This document shows, piece after piece, positions 11,158 to 19,149 of a DNA stretch of 64,000 bases. Both the position numbers and the translations under genes were made by a program. How positions within the stretch are numbered: position 1 is the first letter of the stretch; each line of letters opens with the position of its first letter. Origin of the DNA: Candidatus Omnitrophota bacterium (lineage in GTDB: Bacteria > Omnitrophota > Gorgyraeia > Gygaellales > Profunditerraquicolaceae); contig JAHKAP010000002.1 in NCBI GenBank assembly GCA_018825985.1, positions 650 through 64,649 on the forward strand, in the 5' to 3' direction. The notes under the pieces were generated by a model. That model saw only the letters and a list, made by a program, of their open reading frames with translations. It made no database searches and was not told the DNA's origin.

Positions 11158-11279
11158 GAAATGGGGTCAGAATTATTTTTTCACAAAAGAATGGGGTCAG
11201 AATTATTTTTTTTCCTTATTTTGTTTTATAAAAAAATAATTCTGACCCCATTTCTAAAAAAATAATTCTGACCCCATTT
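11158..11279. repeat. Family A palindromic element, doubled arms (GAAATGGGGTCAGAATTATTTTT x2 ... AAAAATAATTCTGACCCCATTT x2); may also act as terminator
   Basis: Two direct copies followed by two inverted copies, 4 bp after the giant gene stop; same arm sequence at 60625-60688. Confidence 0.9.
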
Positions 11280-11298
11280 TTTAAATACCATAAATTAA

Positions 11299-11326
11299 TG
11301 GACTTAGGGATAGAAAATGATATAAT
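11299..11326 (+). promoter_or_regulatory. Putative sigma70 promoter with extended -10 for the ATPase/T2SS operon
   Basis: TGGACT, 16 bp spacer, TATAAT preceded by TGn (TGATATAAT); about 40 bp upstream of the epsilon start. Confidence 0.6.
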
Positions 11327-11363
11327 ATTAAATTGAAAAAGTATATCATTTAAGGCTGAAAAT

Positions 11364-11591
11364 ATGTTTGATGTATTAATCGTAACTACAGAAAAGGTTC
11401 TATTCGAGAATAAGGTAAAGAGCCTGGTTTTGCCCGGGGAACACGGGGTATTCGAAATATTAGATTACCATAAGCCGGTAATGGCCAGGCTTATGGGAGG
11501 CAATATCTTCGCCGGTGTAAACGTATTTAAGATCTGCCGGGGCATAGTTGGTTTTAGTAAAAATAAAGCAACGGTTATCGTCGAACAGTAA
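11364..11591 (+). CDS. atpC: F-type ATPase epsilon-like subunit, beta-sandwich only
   Basis: IVTTEKVLFE..VKSLVLPGEHGVFEILDYHKP matches the epsilon N-domain; 75 aa, no C-terminal helices. Confidence 0.85.
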   Translation: MFDVLIVTTEKVLFENKVKSLVLPGEHGVFEILDYHKPVMARLMGGNIFAGVNVFKICRGIVGFSKNKATVIVEQ

Positions 11592-11603
11592 TTAGGCTAA
11601 GCG

Positions 11604-11680
11604 CAGGGACGGTTCTCATGCCAAAGCTAAAGTGTCCCCGAAAAGGGGACACTTTTAGAACAAATTGAGAACCGTCCCTG
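11604..11680. repeat. Family B palindromic element (CAGGGACGGTTCT...AGAACCGTCCCTG) with inner GTGTCCCC/GGGGACAC hairpin
   Basis: 15-bp terminal inverted repeat; inverted homolog at 37736-37812 and shorter one at 25764-25806. Confidence 0.9.
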
Positions 11681-11711
11681 AATTGACTGACGGCAGGCAG
11701 GATGAGGGATC

Positions 11712-11924
11712 ATGGATAAGAACCTATCATTACTATTGATTTTTACCTCTTGTATTATAGGTCCGTGCTGGGTTTTTGCCGCTTGCGCGAAATCCAGCAT
11801 CAATGCTCTTGGACGTAACCCGTCCAGCGCACCCAAGGTTTTTATCGCAATGATCATTACCTTGATTTTCGCTCAGGCAGCGGCCTTGATCGCGATGCTT
11901 ATTGCGTTCCAATTATTCAGTTAA
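11712..11924 (+). CDS. atpE: F-type ATPase subunit c-like protein lacking the ion-binding carboxylate
   Basis: Two hydrophobic helices joined by GRNP loop; second helix reads LIFAQAAALI where c subunits have ..FAEA.. Confidence 0.85.
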   Translation: MDKNLSLLLIFTSCIIGPCWVFAACAKSSINALGRNPSSAPKVFIAMIITLIFAQAAALIAMLIAFQLFS

Positions 11925-11939
11925 TTAAAGGGGTGATAT

Positions 11940-12668
11940 ATGCTAATTGTGTCTTTAGTAATTTTTCAGATAATAATCTTCATCACCTTGACTGTTGTAT
12001 TGCGTAAGCTGCTCGGACGCAATGTAACCAGCGCTACGGCCCATTTGGATTATTTGTCAGCGGAATTCGCCAGGAAAGAGAAAGAAGTCAAAGCCCAGTA
12101 TGATGAGGCTAAAAGACAGAGCCAGGAGATCCTGGCAAATGCTTTAAAAGACGCCGATTCTCAGAGGGAGAATATATTAAAAGAGGTTCAAAAGGAAAAA
12201 GAGAGAATAATTTCTGAGTCTCAAAATAAGGCTGATGAAATAGTAAAACAGGCGGATAAGGCCAGAGAGAATCTTTTGGCTGATATCAACCATCAGATAC
12301 AGAGTAAATCGCTCCAACAGGCTGTTAACCTGCTTCAATTATCTTTGCCGGAAAATATCAGGGTAGAAATCCACCGGCATTGGGTGGATGATCTAATCAA
12401 TAATACTTTTGAACAGTTAAGTAATATTCATATACCAGAGGGGACAACCGAGGCTAAGATAGTTACCCCTTTTGCGCTTACTCCAAAGCAGCGGGAAGCC
12501 TTAAATTCTAAGATCAAGGAAAAGCTGGGTTTTAATCTGGATCTTAAAGAAGAGATCGAGATGGGAGTAATCGCCGGATTAGTCGTTCATATCGGCAGTT
12601 TAGAATTAGATGGTAGTTTAAGATCTAAAATCCTGGAGGCGGGGCATGCCCAGCAAGCCAATGAATAA
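11940..12668 (+). CDS. atpF: F-type ATPase b-delta fusion (peripheral stalk)
   Basis: N-terminal TM helix, long charged coiled coil, C-terminal delta/OSCP-like motif VIAGLVVHIGSLELDGSLRSKI. Confidence 0.85.
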   Translation: MLIVSLVIFQIIIFITLTVVLRKLLGRNVTSATAHLDYLSAEFARKEKEVKAQYDEAKRQSQEILANALKDADSQRENILKEVQKEKERIISESQNKADEIVKQADKARENLLADINHQIQSKSLQQAVNLLQLSLPENIRVEIHRHWVDDLINNTFEQLSNIHIPEGTTEAKIVTPFALTPKQREALNSKIKEKLGFNLDLKEEIEMGVIAGLVVHIGSLELDGSLRSKILEAGHAQQANE

Positions 12669-14139
12669 CGGCAGTAACGGCGACGCCCTCGTTAAATTTG
12701 ATGTCCGGGAGGCCGGAACTATTAAATCGGTCCGGGAGTGTATTATTCGGGTTAAAGGCCTTCCTTCTTGTATTAACGGCCAGATGATCGAATGCAGCCA
12801 GGGCGGGCAAGGAATGGTTTTAGGATTTAATGAAGAAGAAGCCCATATAATGGTTTTTAAGAGTAATGCCCCGCTACGCGCCGGAGATGAAGTATATAGC
12901 AAGGGCCAATTCCTGAATTTGCCGGTTGGTGAAAAATTTTTAGGCCGGGTAATTGATCCTCTTTGCGAACCGGTGGATAATTTAGGGCCAATCGAGCCGG
13001 ACGCGTTTTTTCCGGTATTCCGCGAGGCCCCTTCAGTTATGGACCGGGTTCCGGTCAAAGAGACATTAGAAACCGGGACCTTGCTTTTGGATGCGATTAT
13101 CCCAATTGCTAAAGGACAGAGGCAGCTTTTGATCGGCGACCGGCTTACCGGGAAGACTACAGTCGGGCTGGATGCTATCCTTAATCAGAAAGAAAGAGAA
13201 GTTATCTGTATTTATTGCAGTATTGGAAAGACATATTCGAGTTTAGTTAAAGTTCTCAATCTTTTTAAGGAAAAAGACGTAATGCCTTATACTATAGTGG
13301 TCAGCGGAGTGGCAGCGATCTCAATGGGTGAACAATACCTGGCTCCTTATACCGCGGTAACCTTAGGTGAATATTTTATGCAAAAAGGCAAGGATGTTTT
13401 TGTGGTTTTTGACGATCTCACCAAGCATGCCTGGATCTACCGGCAGATATCGCTTCTGATGGACCGGGCTCCGGGAAGAGAAGCTTATCCGGGAGATATA
13501 TTTTATATCCATTCTCAGATGATGGAAAGAGCCGGATATTTAAAACCGGAGTTAGGCGGTGGTTCAATGACTTTTTTTCCTATCGTGGATATTTTGCAGG
13601 GGGATGTTACCGGGTATGTCTCCAGTAACCTTATTTCAATGACTGATGGCCAGATCTATTTCTCAAGCGCGCTTTTTAATAAAGGAGTTAAACCGGCTAT
13701 AGACTTTGGGCTTTCAGTATCCCGTATCGGAAACAAGGCCCAATGGCCGGCAATGAAAGCGTTAAGCGGCAGGCTCAGGCTTGAGTATATCCAGTATCAG
13801 GAACTTTTACAGATGACCCAATTAAGGACTACGGGATTATCCAAAGAGGCAGAGGAGAGGATGAAGAGGGGGCAGGCAATGACCAATATCCTGATCCAGG
13901 CGAAGAATAACCCTATCAGTATGGAAACGGAAATAATCTTTTTGTTCGCTTTAAGCATCGGCGTATTGGATAATTTATCTGTAGCGGATGTCAATAAATT
14001 CAGGGTTGATTTTCCTAAACAGGCCCAGGAGTGGTTCCCGGAACTTTACGTTAACCTACGCCAAAGCCAGATCATGGATGATTCGGTGATCGCCCAACTG
14101 TATGAGGGATTGGGCAGGTATTTCCAGTCAACCGCCTAG
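12646..14139 (+). CDS. atpA: F1 ATPase alpha subunit (divergent)
   Basis: KGQRQLLIGDRLTGKT, DDLTKHA, PGREAYPGDIFY, SMTDGQI, SVSRIG (arginine finger). Confidence 0.95.
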   Translation: MPSKPMNNGSNGDALVKFDVREAGTIKSVRECIIRVKGLPSCINGQMIECSQGGQGMVLGFNEEEAHIMVFKSNAPLRAGDEVYSKGQFLNLPVGEKFLGRVIDPLCEPVDNLGPIEPDAFFPVFREAPSVMDRVPVKETLETGTLLLDAIIPIAKGQRQLLIGDRLTGKTTVGLDAILNQKEREVICIYCSIGKTYSSLVKVLNLFKEKDVMPYTIVVSGVAAISMGEQYLAPYTAVTLGEYFMQKGKDVFVVFDDLTKHAWIYRQISLLMDRAPGREAYPGDIFYIHSQMMERAGYLKPELGGGSMTFFPIVDILQGDVTGYVSSNLISMTDGQIYFSSALFNKGVKPAIDFGLSVSRIGNKAQWPAMKALSGRLRLEYIQYQELLQMTQLRTTGLSKEAEERMKRGQAMTNILIQAKNNPISMETEIIFLFALSIGVLDNLSVADVNKFRVDFPKQAQEWFPELYVNLRQSQIMDDSVIAQLYEGLGRYFQSTA

Positions 14140-14162
14140 ATAAAATGGAAAATAAATATAGA

Positions 14163-14244
14163 GCACGGATTCTCACGGATTTTTATGCGGATTTACACAG
14201 ATTCATCCGTGTGCGTCCGTTATTTTATCCGTGTATATCCGCGC
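14163..14244. repeat. Family C1 element: iterated CACGGAT then iterated ATCCGTG
   Basis: Multi-arm imperfect palindrome; its reverse complement aligns with 37162-37248. Confidence 0.85.
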
Positions 14245-14269
14245 CTAAGGCATTATTTATTATAGAAGA

Positions 14270-15121
14270 ATGAGATTACTTGCCCAGATAAAAAAGGACC
14301 TCGATTTTAATAATAATCTCTATAACCTGGTTGAGGTATTAAAGGAAATCTCTATATCCCAATACCGGATCATGGAGAAGAAGATCAAGTCATTTGATAA
14401 GGTTTTTAACGCGCTGGAGAGCCTTTTTGAGATGTTTGACCCGGAAAGCTCTAATCATCCGCTTATCAATACCGGCAACCGGCAGCCGGGAGTGATAGCT
14501 ATAACTTCAGATTCCGGGCTTTTGGGCGGTTTGAATATGCAGGTTATGAATTCAGCGGTTAAAGAAGCAGTTTCCTCCAGGGCTACATTGATAATAATCG
14601 GAGAAAAAGGTAAGGTTTTTGCTAAGGATAGCGGTTTACCTACAGTTAATTTTAAAGGGATCAAGGATGAAACCAGGTATGAGCAGGCCGTGGAGTTAAG
14701 GGATTTTATTGTCAAGGAGGAATTAGCCGGAAGGCTGGGCGCGTTAGAGATGATTTATCCGTATTCAATATCCTTATTTTCCCAACAGGTCCAGGTGATC
14801 AAGCTTTTGCCTTTTTCTAAGGCGGATAATATCCGGGTGAAAAATGAGGGGAGCTTTTATCCGGATATAATTTATGAATCTCCGATCGATGATGTCGTAG
14901 GTTACCTGATCTATCTTTTATTATCCCGTAAGTTTTATGAAACATTCGGCCTGGCCCGCCTGGCTGAGATGTCCGCGCGGTATATTCATTTGGAAAATTC
15001 CAAGACTAAGATTGAGCAGTTAAACAAAGAACTAAAAATGCAGTATTTCCGCACGCGCCATGAACTTATTGACCGGAATATCCGCGAGCTGTTTGCCTCG
15101 CGCTTAGCAGTCCATAATTAA
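14270..15121 (+). CDS. atpG: F1 ATPase gamma subunit (divergent)
   Basis: ITSDSGLLGGLN (TSDRGLCG-like), AEMSARY..LE, terminal coiled-coil helices; lies between alpha and beta. Confidence 0.9.
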   Translation: MRLLAQIKKDLDFNNNLYNLVEVLKEISISQYRIMEKKIKSFDKVFNALESLFEMFDPESSNHPLINTGNRQPGVIAITSDSGLLGGLNMQVMNSAVKEAVSSRATLIIIGEKGKVFAKDSGLPTVNFKGIKDETRYEQAVELRDFIVKEELAGRLGALEMIYPYSISLFSQQVQVIKLLPFSKADNIRVKNEGSFYPDIIYESPIDDVVGYLIYLLLSRKFYETFGLARLAEMSARYIHLENSKTKIEQLNKELKMQYFRTRHELIDRNIRELFASRLAVHN

Positions 15122-15123
15122 TT

Positions 15124-16512
15124 ATGAATAATAATGAAAAAGTAGGCCGTGTAATATCAGTTCAGGGACCGGTTGTGGATGTTAAATTTTCGTCCACAGA
15201 TGAAATACCGGACATACAGGAGAATATTAATACCGCTACCGTGGACGGACAAAGAATAGTTTTAGAGGTTGCCGAACATCTTCCGGGAAATATCGCCAGG
15301 TGTATCGCGATCAACTCCACTTTTAATTTACAGCGCAACTCGCCGGCCCATCCTACGGGCGAGGCGATCAAAGTTCCTGCCGGAGACAGCATTTATGGCA
15401 GGATTATAAATGTCTGGGGCGAGCCTCTTGACCAGAAAGGGCCGATAAACACCACGGAATGGCTTCCGATCCGCAGGCCCAGGTCAGATTTTAAGATCTA
15501 TTCCCAGAAGGAAAAAGTAAAATTTGAGATACTGGAGACCGGGGTTAAAGTAATCGACTTACTTTTCCCGCTGGTCAAGGGGAGCAAAAACGGGATCTTA
15601 GGAGGCGCGGCTTTAGGAAAAAGTATCCTTACCTTAGAGATCATCCATAATATTGTGCGTAAGACCCGGGGTTCCTGCGTCTTCGTGGGCGCGGGAGAGC
15701 GTATCCGCGAAGGTAATGAACTTTATCACGAACTCTCTCACCGTAATATTCTATCCCGCACCGTATTGATATACGGTCAGATGAATGAGCCTCCGGGAGC
15801 GCGTTTTGAAGTGGCGATGAGCGGGGTTACGCTGGCTGAGTCTATCCAGCGCAAGAATCAGGATGTCTTGCTTTTTGTGGATAACATTTTTCGTTTTTTA
15901 CAGGCTGGGGCCGAGATATCCAGCCTTTTAGGCAGGCTTCCTTCTGAAACCGGTTATCAGCCTACCCTGGTGGCTGAAGCCAGCGAGTTCCATGAAAGGA
16001 TCCGCACAACTAAAGAATCCGGGGGTTCCATTACTTCAATTGAAGCGGTTTATATTCCTGCCGATGACATTACAGATCCGGCAGTTGTAACCTTGTTCAG
16101 CTTTATGGATTCGATCATGGTCCTATCCCGTCAGAGAATACAGCTAGGGCTTTATCCGGCAATCGATCCCCTTCTATCTTCGAGCGCCAACCTGGACCCG
16201 GATGTTGTCGGCCGCCGGCATTATGAAATATCCCAGGAAGTTATCCGCGTGCTCCAGAGATACGAGGAATTGCGCCGCATCGTTATGGTTATTGGCATTG
16301 ATGAACTTTCCGCCGGGGACCGGACCATTTATGAAAGGGCCAGGAAGGTCCAGTATTTTATGACCCAGCCGTTCTTTGTCGCGGAGGCCTATACCGGGAA
16401 GATGGGTGAGTATGTTAGTGTAGAGCAGACCATTGAAGGCTGCGAAAAAATAATCTCAGGCCATCTCGATCGCAAGCCTGAGAATGATTTTTACATGATC
16501 GGAAAGGTGTAA
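15124..16512 (+). CDS. atpD: F1 ATPase beta subunit (divergent)
   Basis: GPVVDV, GGAALGKS (P-loop), GERIREGNE, GQMNEPPGARF, DNIFRF, YIPADD, YPAIDPL, DELSAGD. Confidence 0.95.
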   Translation: MNNNEKVGRVISVQGPVVDVKFSSTDEIPDIQENINTATVDGQRIVLEVAEHLPGNIARCIAINSTFNLQRNSPAHPTGEAIKVPAGDSIYGRIINVWGEPLDQKGPINTTEWLPIRRPRSDFKIYSQKEKVKFEILETGVKVIDLLFPLVKGSKNGILGGAALGKSILTLEIIHNIVRKTRGSCVFVGAGERIREGNELYHELSHRNILSRTVLIYGQMNEPPGARFEVAMSGVTLAESIQRKNQDVLLFVDNIFRFLQAGAEISSLLGRLPSETGYQPTLVAEASEFHERIRTTKESGGSITSIEAVYIPADDITDPAVVTLFSFMDSIMVLSRQRIQLGLYPAIDPLLSSSANLDPDVVGRRHYEISQEVIRVLQRYEELRRIVMVIGIDELSAGDRTIYERARKVQYFMTQPFFVAEAYTGKMGEYVSVEQTIEGCEKIISGHLDRKPENDFYMIGKV

Positions 16513-16516
16513 AAAT

Positions 16517-17005
16517 ATGTCAGGAGATCATAAACGTATCGGAGAGATATTGATCGAAAAAGGGTTGATCACTGAGGCCCAGTTGCATGATGCTTTAATG
16601 GAACAACAGGTAAATTCAAAATTTTTAGGGGCGATTCTGGTAAGCAAAAATTTGATCACCAATGATGATCTGATCGAGTCTTTGGCCAGTCAGTTCGGCA
16701 TCCCGCTGGTAGATATAAAGAGCCATTATGTAGATATGGAACTGGCCCGGAAATTCTCCTCATCGCTTATACTTGACCACAAATGTTTTCCTTTAATTGA
16801 AGATGAGTCAAGCGTGACCGTAGCGATCATTAATCCGCTGGATGCCTTGGCAATCAGCAAGATCGAAGAAGCTTGTATGCCCCGGGAAGTAAAATTAGTC
16901 CTGGTTAAAGAGGAAGATATGAAGAATGTCTTAGCCAGTTTCAGGCTATATATTAATAAGAGCATACAACAGATGCTGAAGAAAGATAAAAAGCCAAATG
17001 AATAA
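16517..17005 (+). CDS. Stand-alone MshEN / GspE N-terminal domain protein (putative c-di-GMP binding)
   Basis: RIGEILIEKGLITEAQLHDALMEQ...LGAILVSKNLI..DL..SL..Q tandem MshEN motif followed by a T2SSE-N-like region. Confidence 0.85.
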   Translation: MSGDHKRIGEILIEKGLITEAQLHDALMEQQVNSKFLGAILVSKNLITNDDLIESLASQFGIPLVDIKSHYVDMELARKFSSSLILDHKCFPLIEDESSVTVAIINPLDALAISKIEEACMPREVKLVLVKEEDMKNVLASFRLYINKSIQQMLKKDKKPNE

Positions 17006-19148
17006 AGTTGATTCGCTGCTTTATGACGCCCTGATCAATAAAGGGATAGCCGCAAAAGATACCCTTGACCTCCTGATTAAGGAATCCGATGGGAGTTCCC
17101 AGAACCTGGTATCGATATTAAGTAAGCGGGGCGATTACAGCGAAGCGCAGATACTGAAGGTCTTAGCTGAAAAAACCGGTTTGGCTTTCCTGGACCTTAA
17201 GAATGTTGCTGTGCCTGAAGACATCACGGAGAAAATACCAGTAAAGATCGCCACCTATTATCGATTTCTGCCTATAGAGATAAAAGGCAGGATTTTGATC
17301 TGCGCGGTATCGTATCCATTGGATATCAAGATCCAGGATGAGATCCGCAACCAGCTGGGGTATGATATCGAACTTGTTCTGGCGGTTACCGAGGATATAG
17401 TCGAAGGCTTGAGAAAATATTACGGCCTGGCTGCGGATACTCTTGAGAAAATCGTATCCCAGGTCCCTAAAGATAGCGCTTCTTATCAGGATCCGACTCA
17501 GAAGATCGATGATATTGAGAAATTGGCCGAAGACGCCTCGGTTATAAAATTGGTTAATCAGATAATCCTGGAGGCGTTTCGTAAGCGGGCGACTGATATC
17601 CATATTGAGCCGTTCAGGGAGAGCGTGGCCATCCGTTATCGTATCGACGGATTGCTTTATGACGCGAACATCCCGGCTGAGGTTAGGAATTTTCTGGGGG
17701 CGATCATTTCCAGGATCAAGATCATGTCAAATCTAAATATTGTTGAGCACCGTCTCCCCCAGGACGGAAGGGCAGTAGTAAAGGTCCAGGAGCAGATATT
17801 GGACTTAAGGATTTCTACTATACCTACTCCTTTTGGAGAGAGCGTGGTTATTCGTATTCTTCCGACACAAATGCTTTTCAGCCTGGAAAGACTAGGATTG
17901 TCCAAAGGTGATCTGACTGTATTTGAAGATCTGATCAAAAAACCGCACGGAATAATATTTGTGACCGGGCCTACCGGAAGCGGAAAGACCACTACACTTT
18001 ACGCCTCTTTGACCAGGATCAATACCCGGGACCGTAAAATAATCACTATCGAGGATCCTATTGAATATGAAATGTCCGGGATAACCCAGATCCAGGTAAT
18101 GCCGGAGATTGGCCTGGATTTTGCCAGGGGCCTTAGGAGCATGCTCCGTCATGATCCGGATGTAATAATGGTAGGAGAGGTTCGGGACTTAGAGACTGCG
18201 GAGATCGCTATCCGGGTAGCTCTCACCGGGCATTTGATATTTTCTACACTGCATACTAATGACGCAGCCAGCGGCATAACCCGTTTAGTTGATATCGGTT
18301 TGGAGCCATATTTAGTCGCTTCCAGCATTGAGGCTTTTGTGGCCCAGCGCTTGATCCGGTTGATCTGTCCGGATTGCAAATATGAGGATAAAGTAATCGC
18401 GAACGAAGTCCGGCAGTTGATCGCCGGAGAACTGGGATTAAAATCGCCCCAGGAGGTTAAATTATACCGAGGTAAAGGATGCGCCAACTGTAACTTCAGC
18501 GGATTCTTCGGCCGGACCGCAATCTATGAAATCCTTTTGGTAGATGAACAGACAAAAGAGCTGATTGTGAAGAAGTCAGCTTCTAACCGGATAAAAAATC
18601 TGGCTGTTTCTAAGGGTATGCGCACCTTGCGCCAGGATGGGTGGCAGAAAGTTATCAAGGGCCTGACCACTCCCGAAGAAGTAATGCGGGTAACTTCTAT
18701 AGAGGAGATCAGAGAAAAGCCCCGGGAAGAAATTATTAGTCCGGGTATTGCCATTCGCGAAGATGAACAGAGCCGTCCGCTTTTGGATTCGGAAAGAAGG
18801 ATTTATAATCGTTTAGGAAGCAAGATAAACCTGCGTTATAAACCTTTTAAGAATGTTCAGGAATTGACTGATCGGGGATTTACCCTTGAGCAATTGAGCG
18901 TAACCAGGAATATTTCCGCCGGGGGCATATTATTTGTTTCTTCGGAGATCATTAATATCGGCACTTTCCTGGAATTAAAATTAGAATTGCCGAATAATGA
19001 AGAAGTGGTCAATTGTTTGGCCAGGGTGGTGCGGGTTGAAGAGCTTGCCGAAGGCAAGAGTTATGATGTGGCGGGAGTTTTTCTGGATATTACTTCTGCC
19101 CAGCGGGCCCGTTTAGATAAATATGTAATTAAAGGACTTGAGGAATAA
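16998..19148 (+). CDS. gspE: GspE/PilB-family assembly ATPase with C-terminal PilZ domain
   Basis: ATDIHIEP, RLPQDGR, GPTGSGKTT, TIEDPIE, DPDVIMVGEVRD, TGHLIFSTLH, CPDC/CANC; tail ERRIYNR...NISAGG. Confidence 0.95.
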   Translation: MNKVDSLLYDALINKGIAAKDTLDLLIKESDGSSQNLVSILSKRGDYSEAQILKVLAEKTGLAFLDLKNVAVPEDITEKIPVKIATYYRFLPIEIKGRILICAVSYPLDIKIQDEIRNQLGYDIELVLAVTEDIVEGLRKYYGLAADTLEKIVSQVPKDSASYQDPTQKIDDIEKLAEDASVIKLVNQIILEAFRKRATDIHIEPFRESVAIRYRIDGLLYDANIPAEVRNFLGAIISRIKIMSNLNIVEHRLPQDGRAVVKVQEQILDLRISTIPTPFGESVVIRILPTQMLFSLERLGLSKGDLTVFEDLIKKPHGIIFVTGPTGSGKTTTLYASLTRINTRDRKIITIEDPIEYEMSGITQIQVMPEIGLDFARGLRSMLRHDPDVIMVGEVRDLETAEIAIRVALTGHLIFSTLHTNDAASGITRLVDIGLEPYLVASSIEAFVAQRLIRLICPDCKYEDKVIANEVRQLIAGELGLKSPQEVKLYRGKGCANCNFSGFFGRTAIYEILLVDEQTKELIVKKSASNRIKNLAVSKGMRTLRQDGWQKVIKGLTTPEEVMRVTSIEEIREKPREEIISPGIAIREDEQSRPLLDSERRIYNRLGSKINLRYKPFKNVQELTDRGFTLEQLSVTRNISAGGILFVSSEIINIGTFLELKLELPNNEEVVNCLARVVRVEELAEGKSYDVAGVFLDITSAQRARLDKYVIKGLEE

Positions 19149-19149
19149 T

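Noticed and set aside
11158-11279. Possible CRISPR array (also 44379-44596 and 56419-56460)
   Set aside because: Only two direct copies with very short gaps followed by inverted copies; no unique ~30-bp spacers and no cas genes.
11604-11680. Autonomous IS element
   Set aside because: Under 100 bp, no transposase and no clear target-site duplication; recorded as a non-autonomous repeat.
11364-16512. Classification as an N-ATPase or housekeeping ATP synthase
   Set aside because: The b-delta fusion is reminiscent, but gene order differs, atpB/atpQ/atpR are absent and subunit c has no acidic ion ligand.
11364-16512. Decaying pseudogene operon
   Set aside because: All frames are intact with catalytic motifs preserved, epsilon ends at a domain boundary, and a plausible promoter is present.
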